This document shows positions 47,932 to 59,240 of a DNA stretch of 64,000 nt, piece after piece. This stretch comes from Azolla caroliniana (lineage: Eukaryota > Plantae > Polypodiophyta), in contig JBHGNT010000002.1 of the NCBI GenBank assembly GCA_043228905.1, positions 11,904,001 to 11,968,000 of the forward strand, written 5' to 3'. The position numbers and the translations under genes were made by a program. Below the pieces are notes generated by a model. The model was not told where the DNA came from. It made no database searches and worked only from the letters and a program-made list of their open reading frames with translations. Position 1 is the stretch's first letter, and each line of letters opens with the position of its first letter.

Positions 47932-48496
47932 TGTTGGGATCGTGACCGACCACAACCGGTTCTACTCCGAATGTTCGAGTGCAAAGAACAAGAAAGCTAG
48001 TACATAGACAGATAAGCGAGAAAGTATAATGATAAGTATAGAGACACAAGATGTTTTACGTGGAAAACCCGAAAGGGAAAAAACACCGGAATCCTCGAAC
48101 TCCGAACTAGATCACTATGATAAGGAGGAGTACAATAAGATTCTTGGAGGCAACAACCTCAAGATCTTCTTCGTTTGACAGATGGCTACTAAGTTACTAC
48201 TGTCATTCTCTCCCACTTACTCACAATTACAGAGGCAACTACCTTTTGTGTAACTTTACAACAATGATCAACAACTAGAAAGTTTGCCCTAGTTGCTTAT
48301 ATACTAAAACAACTTTTAGGCTATTTACAAATATAGCCCACAAGGGGCACATTCAGACTATTTACAATTATAGCCCCTCAAAATGGGAAATCAATTTTCA
48401 ATTTTGGTTTTCGATCTCGGCCTTGGCCGAAATACTCATTGACTCCACCTGATCCGGTTCATTCTCTTCCCATCCGGAGGGACTTGTTTCCCAACA
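47932..48496 (-). mobile_element. Solo LTR related to Copia B/C LTRs
   Basis: TGTTGGGA..TCCCAACA termini and TSD CTTTG on both sides. It shares GTCCCTCCGGATGGGA, TTTGTAAATAGCC and GGGTTTTCCACG with the B/C LTRs. Confidence 0.92.
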
Positions 48497-48924
48497 CTTT
48501 GATCCCTACAATTTGCACAGGACACAAATCTACCACTCTCACATATTTCTTGTCGTTGCAGGTACCATTCTATGATGGTCCCTCCGATGCAAGTGTCAAT
48601 TTCACAATCCCCGATTAAGACATGCACAAGATCGGTAATAGATCAGTTTATTCTTCCTTTCAAGGCAGTATACTTGATAAACTGCCAATTTCCCTCCACA
48701 ATGTTGGTAGTGTCAACATGTCAGTAGTTGAATAATCTACCAAACTTGGGCTATAGTTTCTTCCACACACATGTCTCTCCTTTATATTGCCAAATATTGG
48801 GTTTGTCCACATATTCTACCTTTAACTCCTCACGCATCCAATTGAACGCAAATTCCGTAATGTAATGCATGAGTTGGCACATCCATTGATAGAGATTGCT
48901 TCTCTTGGGAGCACTTACTTTGGT

Positions 48925-49967
48925 TGTTGAGTAACAAGCTCAACATGAAGCTGGATCAGCTAAAGGCCGAAAGGCCGAGTCGGCGAAAGCCGGATTGGCT
49001 GAGGAGAGTCAGTTGAAGAAACCGAAAGTCAGATTGACTAAAGAAGCCATTAGGTCCTACATTCCTATTTTAGTAGTAGGAATATTATAGGCTTGTGTCA
49101 GAGCTCATAAGTAAGCATAAAGTACTTGTCAGTTCTTGTGTTAGCCCAGTGTTAGGGGCTTGTATATAAAGTTCTTTGTTAGCACATTGTATGTACTAAG
49201 TGTTTTATTTTTTAATAGAACTTGTTGTCTGCTTACTTAGTCTCTCTCTCATTGTGCACTTGCTCTCTACCTCTATTCTCTGTGTATTCCTAACTGTCTA
49301 TTGTTGCCGACTAAGCCACACTAACTTTTTACATGGTATCAGAGTGCGAGGGTTGAGAAGAATCCTTTGCACTCAACAAACATACTCGCACAGACAACGT
49401 TTTCGTCTTTTGGACAGAAGAAGAGATAAGACCATAGACAAAACAATGGAAAGTTCCTTGCCGATAGAGAAACTCAACAAGAACAACTACGCATCTTGGG
49501 AATACAAGATGCACTAGTACCTGCTAGGACATGTGTACTGGGTTATGTTGTAGGAGAAAATGATGTACCACCAGAGATGACACACAAAGACCTTCTAGCA
49601 TGGGAGCAAGCACCAAGCCGAGTCTTGTACTACTTGGCATCGTGTGTCCATGACTAGATACTCGGGAACATCAACAAGGATGCGAAGTCGCCAAAAGAGG
49701 CATGGAAAAATTTGAAAAAGATCTTCGCCGCCAGCACCACAACCCCTAAGTTGCAGCTAAGATAGGAGCTCAACAACATTCGACATGGAGGAATGTCGGT
49801 AACTGACTACACCACCAAAATCAAAAAGATCTGTGACACATTAGGGTCCATCAACGTGATGGTGGACGAAGACGAGATGGTGCAGATTTGCTTGGGTGGT
49901 CTAACGGAGAAATATGGGCTGATTCAGACGACTGTTTGCACGAAGGAGAAATCGGCATCGTTCTTCA
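48925..49967 (+). mobile_element. Truncated Copia: 5' LTR (48925-49333), PBS and gag N-terminus
   Basis: TGTTGAG..TTTTACA, TGGTATCAGAG at 49334, MESSLPIEKLNKNNYASWEYKMH. Confidence 0.85.
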
Positions 49968-52900
49968 TATTACCTGGTGGGACAAGTGGGACTAGTGTGA
50001 AACGTAGCAAAAGTAGCTGAGCACTAATGGCCGAATAAGGAAGCCGAATGTCAAGGAAGGAGCGGGTGGAAAATGTCGAGTAGAAGGGAAGCTATATATA
50101 TCGAGGAGAAACGAACACAAAACGAAGGAGAATCTAGAGCAGACTAAGCTTAGGTATAGACTTGTAACGAAATGAGGAGCAAGAGTGGCTAAGATGCAGC
50201 AGAAGGAAAGTGTGTGTGTGTGTATGTAAGGCAAAAGAGAGAGAGAGAGCTTAAAACAGAGATAAAAGGTTGTATGTTACATTAACCAAAATACTTCCAA
50301 TAGTAACTAAGTTACAAGGGGTTGGTTTAAATACTAACTAAACTAGGGTAAGTGCCCTTTCTACTATTTACACAACTAGCTTGGTGTGTCCATGAGCTAG
50401 TGTGAAACCTATTGCTATGGGAAGTTGAGTTCGACTCTCAACACGCCCCTTTGAACACAAATTCCATCTGTTGAAAAGTTGTTTCGGTTCGGTCTTCGAA
50501 ATCCGGTTTTTGACGTTTGTAATCCTCGATATGGATTGTTCAGCTTTTCAGCTTCGTGCTCGGTTCAATTAACTACATGTTGCATACTCACGTATCGTTT
50601 TGTGTTACGTCCATGTCGCTTGTAGTACTCCCCCTCAAGCTTGGCAATGTGGATGTCAAGAGACCAAGGACAGATGCGAATTGCCCGAGTTTGTCGACTC
50701 CTAAGGCCTTCGTTAAAATATCAACAACCTGGAGGTGCGTACCGATATGTTGTAGATCAATTTCTCCGGCCTGTACGCGCTTGTAGATGAAGTGGTAGTG
50801 CACTTCGATATGCTTAGTATGCACATGAAATACGGGGTTCCACGCCAAGTAGATGTTGCTCATGTTGTCACAGTATAGGCGAATAAGAGATTTGATAAGT
50901 ATGCCCAGATCCTTGAGTATGCGCTTGATCCATACGACTTCGATTGCCACGCCCCTGCATTGGGCTTCCATGCTCGACAATGCGACTATCGGCTGCTTCT
51001 TACTGCTCCAGAAGATCGCTCCGCTACCAAGGGAGAAGACGAATTTGGATGTGGATCATCTATCTGCTTTGTATTCTTGCCAGTCTGTGTCTATGTATCC
51101 TTCGAGTTGAATGGTCGTATTTGACTGATACATAATGCCGTAATCCATTGTCGTACTGACATACCGGAGTATCCTCTTAGCGCAATCGAGATGAAAGTTT
51201 CGTAGATTCTGCATGAATTGACTAAATAGGCCGACCGAATAACTGAGGTCGGGTCACGTAATGGTGAGATAGATTGAGCTGCTGATTAGTTGATGATACT
51301 GAGTTGACTCACACTCGCTTGTGCCAGAATCGGCCTCAATCTTGAGATTACGATCGAGAGGGGTAGACACAGGTTTGCACTCGGTCATTCCAAACTTGTA
51401 CAGAAGGTTGAGAATGTAGTGCCGTTGAGAAATCATTATTTTGACTGGTGTCCGAATTACTTCAAAGCTAAGGAAGTAATGGAGCTTGTGCAGGTCTTTC
51501 ATTTCGAATCTGTCGAAAAGAAGTTATTTGACCTTGTTAATCTTGGTGAGATCCTTTGCTCCGATGACCAAATCATCCACATAAAGGATGATGACAATCG
51601 GGCTATCCGACTCGTTTCGGATGTACAAAGAAGTATCAGATTTTGACATTCGAAATCCGATCTGATGAAGACACTACATGATCTTCGAGTGCCACACACA
51701 TGGTTCTTGTTTGAGGCCGTAGAGAGGCTTCTTGATGGGCACACGGTGTTCGGATGATTGCATGATTCAAAACCGAGTGGTTGGATCATGTACACCTCTT
51801 CGTCCAATTCGCCTTGAAGAAAGGCGTTCTTGACGTCCATCTAGTGGAGGTGCCAGCCTTTTGCTGCCGCGATTGTAATTACGGTTCGCATAGTTGTCAT
51901 CTTTGCCACCGGGGCAATGGTCTCTTTGTAGTCTACACCGTGCGTTTGCGCGTATCCTTTCACAATGAGCCGTGCTTTAAAGTGATTTACGGAGCCGTCG
52001 ACATTGTGTTTCACTTTGTAAATCCACCTGCAGCCAATTGCTTTCTTGTTCGACATGTGAGGAACGAGATCCCATGTCTCGTTTTTGCATAGGGCTCGCA
52101 TTTCTTCATTCATTGCATTGACCCATCGCGGATCCTTTACGGCTTCGGAAAACGTCTCCAATTCTCGTACTAACGCTACCTTCATCATGAAGGCGTAATG
52201 GTACGCCATATAATCGTTGTAGCCGAATCGGCTTACGGGCTTCTTTTCGCGGGTGGATCGGCGGAGCTTCTCATTTGCGGATGTTAAGGCTTTCTTCGCT
52301 CCATCTGTTTGGATGATTGGGATGTTCAGGCCTTTGAACTCACTGTCAAGGGACTGAGTTGACACGTTGTCGATTGGATCTTCGTATTCAGACATCTTAG
52401 CCTTCCCTTTGTCGAGTTTTGGACTCGGTTGAAATGTGCTTTGGTCACTCAGGGGCTCTCGTGGTCCAATAAGCCATGTCATAATCGTTCTTTCTTGGTA
52501 CATGCACGTGAGCCGATCTTCATCTTCTATCTCCATTTTGGCGGATTTCGAGTCGAGCGGAGTTAGAGTCGAAGTTGTTTTTGCTGCGTACTAGGATGCG
52601 GACTCGTCGAAAACAACATCTCGACTTACGCGAGCTTTTCGGGTAGATGGTGTACCCCTTCTGTTCGAGTGAGTATCCTACGAGGATACATTTCTCCGAG
52701 TTCAGGTTGAGCTTTTGTTGCGTATCGTCGGGAATATGCACCTAAGCGATTGCGCCGAAAATGTGGACATGTGATAAGTCTGGCTTCTTCCCAAAGAACT
52801 TCTCATGAGGAGTTACGCTGTGTACTCCCGAGGTTGTGCACATATTCATGAGGTATACATCCATGTCGCCGCTTCTACCCAGCACGATTTTGGCAGGTTC

Positions 52901-55004
52901 TTCTCATTCATCATAGCCCGAGAGACTTCTACTATGTGTTGATTTTTACGCTCAGCTACGCCGTTCAGCTGAGGTGTGTGACGACATGAGAATTCTCGTC
53001 GGATTCCTTCCTTTCGGAGATACGCCATAAACTCATACGAAAAGTATTCTTTGCCTCCATCCGATTGAAGGCAGCATACGTGCCGACCCGAAGTTTTTTC
53101 GACTTCGGCCTTGAACCTCTGGAAGTGTCTAAACACTTCGCTCTATGTCTCATGGGGTAGATCCAAGTGTGCCTGGAGAAGTCGTTGATGAACGTGACGT
53201 AATATCGGCATTCACCGAGTGTGCTTGTATGGGCCGGTCCCCATACATCTGAATGTACGACATCTAGGATCCATTTGCTCACATTCCGCTCTTTCAGGAA
53301 TGGATGTCGGCATTGCTTTCCGAACTGGCACGCTTCACATATGCCCATAATCTCCTTCGCGGTAAAATTCGGGAGTCCAATTATGACTACTATCAATTGC
53401 ATGTTCTGGAGTTTTTGGAGATTGATGTGGCTGATTCTCTTGCGCCACAGATTTATGTCGGGTTCGACTTTAAGGCCCTTTGTGAACATGGCTGACTTTA
53501 CCTCGTTCGATTCGAGGATAAACATATGGCCTTCTCATCGACCGTGGGCTACGACTTGTCCACCCCTTTTGATGAAGCACCCATCGTTGTTGAATCGTAC
53601 TTGCATTCCTTGTTCGACAATCTGGCCGATCGAGACCAGGTTTTTCGTTATGGTAGGGACATGCAGTATGTGCAGTACGTACTGGAGATAGGTTTGTTTG
53701 CCGTTGTTTCCGAATGGGACGTTCCCGATATGTTGTATTGGATGAGTCGTGTCATCGCTTGTTTCGACATATCCGGTTCGTTCAGGTTCTCGTAATTCCC
53801 GAAACCAATCTTCATGAGATGTCATGTGGTTAGATGCTCCCGAGTCAACAAACCATATGTTATTTGAAGCAGAGGCGCTAGTTGAGGCCCGTGCTGACAT
53901 CGAGTGTGCTTCGTGCCTCATTACGAACATTCCGCCACAGTCGCCGTAGTCGGAATTTGTGGCGTAATTTGTACCCATTCGGCTACGATCTTTGTAGTCG
54001 GAATTCTATGTGTACTTTGTGAACATTCCGGTACGATTGTTGTAGTCGGAGTTTGATGCATAGTTCGTGAGTTGATGGCTAGTTGAAGCCGAGTACTGTA
54101 CCTTTTTTCGGCACTCCTCTTCATAGTGATTGTGTTTTCCACAGTACTCACATTCGATCGGGTTGTTACGATTGCTCGGTCCGGCGTGATGACTCCCCCT
54201 TGTACCGAACTCTCTAGGACCGTTCCTATCCGCTTGCCATTGGTGGGGGTTATGCTCTTGAGTTTGCCGACCATTACGGCCTTGGTCAAATCGACTGGGA
54301 GTAGAGCATATGACCCTCTGGTGCGTTGCTCCTTTGTCGAGAGTGATTTTCCTCAACCAACAATATTGATTGGAGATCGAAAAATGGAGGGTTCTCCCTT
54401 GCAAGGATGGCCAATCTAATCGAGCCAAATCGGGTTGCTAAGCCGCCGAGGCATATTTGCATCATCTCTTCATCGTCGATTACGACATTAATCGAACCGA
54501 GAGCATCACACAACTCCTTGATCTTTAAGGTATAGCATGTGATCGACATGTCCCTCTGTTGCATGTTGTTTAGCTCCTATTGAAGTTGGATCTTTCGGTC
54601 AACCGTGTTGTCCGCAAAAATCTTCTTGAGATTTCCCCAAGCTTCTTCGGGTGTTTTCGAATCTCGAATATAGCCAAGCATATGATCACGAACGCATGAT
54701 GTAAGGCAATACAACACACGACTTGCGGCCTGCTCCCAAACGGGATAATCGACGTGTGTTGGGTAGGGTTGAGTTTTGTGAGCTCCTTCAATGTAACTCC
54801 TGTAACCTTGACCGACAAGGTATTGATGCATCTTGTATTCCCAAGATGTGAAATTCGTTCTGTCAAGCTTCTCGGTAGGAAGAGTGCTTCCCATCTGAGT
54901 GCTCATTATGTCGATTTCTTCTTTGTTGATGAGCCGGTTTTGTTGATCGCCGGCATGTACCACAACACAGTTGAATAGATTCGATTAAGAAACCACAAGC
55001 TCTC
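49968..55004 (-). mobile_element. Decayed Copia element E (D-related) lacking its 5' LTR
   Basis: [68 protein letters not shown]. The 3' LTR starts at 50443 and its far end (about 49968) is uncertain. Confidence 0.88.
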
Positions 55005-55399
55005 GCGGAAGTACGACGAGGATACGTGAACTTTGAGGCAAGACCCTGGGGCCTCCGACCGGAAGATATCAAATTCGTATGTTTATATTAAACAATTAAT
55101 GGAAAATGAGAAAGATTGACAAATTTCATTAATAAATAGAAAAGAAAGATTACAATCAATCCCAAGATTGGGATTACAAAAGTTTTAGCTTATGGAGATT
55201 ACTAAAATAATAGATTAGAAGAAACTAAGATACGGATTTGATAGGAAATTTATATGGCTTTCGTAGGGAAAATTAGGGTTTATGACTTGCGTCCGGAAAT
55301 TTAGGGTTCTTGGCTTCGATAAGATAAGGGAGCTACCAAGGAAAAGAAAATAAGATAAAAAATACATGGAGAGCCCCCCATTGATCATATGCATCCCAC

Positions 55400-55563
55400 T
55401 TTTTGTTGCATGGCCTCTACTTTTAGTTGCATAGCTTTTTCTTTTAGTTGCATCTATTTTTAGTTGCATAGCCTTTTCTTTTCGTTGCATCTATTTTTAG
55501 TTGCATAGCCTTTTCTTTTAGTTGCATCTATTTTTAGTTACATAGCTTTTTCTTTTAGTTGCA
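55400..55563. repeat. TTTTAGTTGCAT-based tandem repeat inside the LTR
   Basis: About nine alternating 17/20-bp units. Confidence 0.85.
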
Positions 55564-55699
55564 TGCGACCGTCCACACGACCTTTACTTTAGTTTTCTTC
55601 ACTTCACTTTAATTAGCCACATGATCCTATCATCTGTCCTTCACGATTGTCGCAGGTTGTCGGATCCGCCCAGTTTCCGACACCATCCGATTGTCGATT

Positions 55700-55928
55700 T
55701 CGCCGGTTCCGATTTGCTTACCGATCAGTTCCGGATTGCTTACCGGCCGGTTCCGGTTTGCTTACCAACCGGTTCCGGATTGCTCTCTGCTCGGTTCCGG
55801 ATTGCTTCCCGACCGGTTTCCAGTTTGCTTACCAACCCGTTCCAATTTGCTTTCCGACTGGTTCCGAATTGCTTACCGACCAATTTCAGATTGCTTACCA
55901 ACCGGTTCCGGTTTGCTTACTGGCCGGT
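55700..55928. repeat. About 22-bp CCGGTTCCGGATTGCTTACC tandem repeat inside the LTR
   Basis: About ten degenerate units. Confidence 0.85.
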
Positions 55929-57901
55929 TTTTGATTTTTGGGAACTTGGCCACCATCATCCATCAAGACAAAGTGGCCAAAGTGTTCTTAGCACAAATGA
56001 AAAGGAGGGATCTCAATGTGCTTATATAGCCAGGGCCTTAAGTTTCCTATCTATGTGGGATACTTCAAAATTGTATTTTCCCTATCTTCTCAAGCTTCAT
56101 CTCCACCTAGCTTGATATGTAGTTGTCTATTTTGTATGTAGTAAAATGCGTTTTGAAGCTCTTGAGTACGTCCATATTTCTATAACAAGCCACTAATCTA
56201 ATCTAAAATAATTGTTTCATTATTTTTTTACATAGTGTGTAAAGATTCACACGACATTCGCCCCCACCAAACCTGCACATCCACCGGTATGTGCCAATTT
56301 CGGTGAGGCTCCACTTTTGTTTACTATACTTTTTCATCAATGCCCAAGACAGAATCGTCAAAAGCTTTGAATCCAATTTCTATTCTATCTCTTCTCTTGA
56401 AGATCTTGACTCTTTTACCGGAAATTGGCAAGGCAAGTGGTGTACCATCCAATTCTACTAAATGATATGTTGCATTTTCTTCCACTTTCTTCACCACATA
56501 TGGTTCAAACCATCGTTGTGAAAATTTTCGAGCCGTACTATGTTGGTTGTCTAGGCTACTGTCATAGACTAGCACCCAATCTCCTTCAACGATTTTCCTT
56601 GGGCGAAGTTGATGTCGTTTATCGAAGTCTTTCTTGTTCTTTGGCCTTGCATTCTTTAGCCGCGCTTTAGCCACCTCTATATCTTCCAAATTCCGCTCCA
56701 ACTGGTGAATCCTCAATGCTAGAAGATCTTGTCTACTTATCTCATCTTGCCATGGCAATGCAACCCATGAAATAATACTTTGTTCTACAGGCATTATCTG
56801 CTTTTGTCCGAATATGAGCTCTGCCGGCATGTATCCTGTCATTGTGCTATGAGTAGTCCTGTCAGCCCATAGTGCAAATGGCAATAGACGTGGCCATTCT
56901 CCTATTTTCCCATGGCAAGCTTTCACTAGAGCCTTCACAATCGGTCCATGTCCACGTTCCACCTTCCCATTTGCTTCCAGATTATACGCCATGGTAAGAG
57001 ATAGTTTGATTCCCATCCTAGAGAAGAATTCTCTAGCTTCATTGGTGTCCAGTTCGCCTCTTTCAGCCACTATCTTGCCGACGCATCCATATCTACAAAT
57101 AACATCTTCAAGAAGAAATTTGCATACTGATTATGTTTCTTTAGTTCTCAATGCTCGCCCTTCAACTTGATTGGTAAGATCTTCTCTTGCAAGCACAAGA
57201 TACCTCATCTGCCATCGCCCCATTGGCATCATTACAATGTCCACAATCCATTTATAATGCATAGCCAACGGGTAGGTCGGATGAAGCTCATCTCGATGGC
57301 GAACGTTCGAAAACATCTAACATTCCTTACATGTTTCCACATAAGCTGCTACATCTTTGTAGATGCCCGACCACCAATATTTCTCCTTAAGCTTCGCAAA
57401 CGTAGCCCATATTCCTCGATGGCCTGCAAAAACACTATCATGAAATTCAGACATTAGTTTTTGTCGGTCTTCAAGCTTGCAGACAACTCTCATCGGAGTC
57501 CCATTCTTCTTTTTTGCATGCCTCCAAAGAGCTCCATCCTTAAGGAAGTACTTGTATGCTTTCTTCTGAATTCGATGGAAGTCTTCCATCGACCATGATT
57601 CATCTTTTTGGAGAGAACTCAAGTATTTCCTGATCTCCACGAATTCGCCTTTGTAGTCCTCTTCTATGAAAGTAGTTAGCACCTGAGCGTAGGAACTTGT
57701 AAAGAAATCCAAGCCAACATCCTCCTCATCAGAATGTCGATCTTCTTCTCCGTTGTATCTCGCTCGTGATAGCATGTCTGCAACGACATTACGCTTCCCA
57801 GCTACATGATGGATCTCCGAGCTAAGTGATTTGATATATGCAATCCAACACAACATGGCAATATCTGGTGTATTGCAACCATATATCATACCCAAAATTG
57901 G

Positions 57902-59240
57902 TGGGCTTGCCGTCAGAATAGTCCGCTTCCGTAATGCAGGTGCCTCCATCAATAATTTCTTTAGCCTTCGGATGACGATTGTATGCTGCTCGTCCATTCG
58001 AACCTCCGCTTCTTCTTTAGTAGACCATATAATGGCTCAGCAATGTGGGTATAGTGTGGAATCCAAATATGATAAAATGCGCATGCTCCAAGGAACCTTC
58101 GAACCTCCATTTGGGTTACGCATTCTTCTTTCATGTCTTGGATTGCATTCACCTTGGATGGCGAAGGCTTCCTACCGTATGCTCCACACAAGTGACCTAC
58201 CACCAAGATCTCCGATTGCCCGAATGCGGATTAAATGGGCTTGTCGTCGGAATAGTCTGCCTTCCGTAATGTAGGTGCCTCCATCAATAATTTCTTTAGC
58301 CTTTGGATGGCAATTGTATGCTCGCTCATCCATTCAAACCTCCGCTTCTTCTTTAGTAGACCATATAATGGCTCAGCAATGTGGGTATAGTGTGGAATCC
58401 AAATATGATAAAATGCGCATACTCAAAGGAACCTTCGAACCTCCGTTTGGGTTACGCATTCTTCTTTCATGTCTTGGATTGCATTCACCTTAGATGGCGA
58501 AGGCTTCCTACCGTATGCTCCACACAAGTGACCTACCACCAAGATCTCCAATTGCCCGAATGCGGATTAAATGGGCTTGCCGTCGGAATAGTCCGCCTTC
58601 CGTAATGCAGGTGCCTGCATCAATAATTTCTTTAGCCTTCAGATGGTGATTGTATGCTCGCTCGTCCATTCGAGCCTACGCTTCTTCTTTAGTAGACCAT
58701 ATAATGGCTCAACAATGTGGGCATAGTGTGGAATCCAAATATGATAAAATGCGCATACTCAAAGGAACCTTCGAACCTCCATTTGGGTTACGCATTCTTC
58801 TTTCATGTCTTGGATTGCATTCACCTTGGATGGCGAAGGCTTCCTACCGTATGCTCCACACAAGTGACCTACCACCAAGATCTCTGATTGCCCGAATGCG
58901 GATTAAATGGGCGTGCCGTCGGAATAGTCCGCCTTCCGTAATGCAGGTGCCTCCATCAATAATTTCTTTAGCCTTCAGATGGTGATTGTATGCTCGCTCG
59001 TCCATTCGAACCTCCGCTTCTTCTTTAGTAGATCATATAATGGCTTAGCAATGTGGGCATAGTGTGGAATCCAAATATGATAAAATGTGCATGCTCCAAG
59101 GAACCTTCGAACCTCCGTTTGGGTTACGCATTCTTCTTTCATGTCTTGGATTGCATTCACCTTGGATGGCGAAGGCTTCCTACCGTATGCTCCACACAAG
59201 TGACCTACCACCAAGATCTCTGATTGCCCGAATGCGGATT
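57902..59240 (-). repeat. Four tandem copies of a 334-336-bp RT/RNase H linker segment
   Basis: Unit starts at 57903, 58237, 58573 and 58909. Confidence 0.95.

Larger units (their letters stand above)
40908..48924 (-). pseudogene. Decayed Mutator-like (MULE) transposase with SWIM finger, split by a Copia and a solo LTR
   Basis: Segments 48924-48502, 47931-47470 and 41177-40908 translate to HVDTTNIVEGNWQFIKYTALKGRIN*SITDLVHVL, YCGCQDLASKCKH and EDYLQ|QMADLYQKVYG, rejoining at the TSDs. Confidence 0.7.

Noticed and set aside
55400-55928. Regularly spaced short repeats resembling a CRISPR array
   Set aside because: Head-to-tail degenerate units without unique spacers, inside a eukaryotic LTR, with no cas genes.
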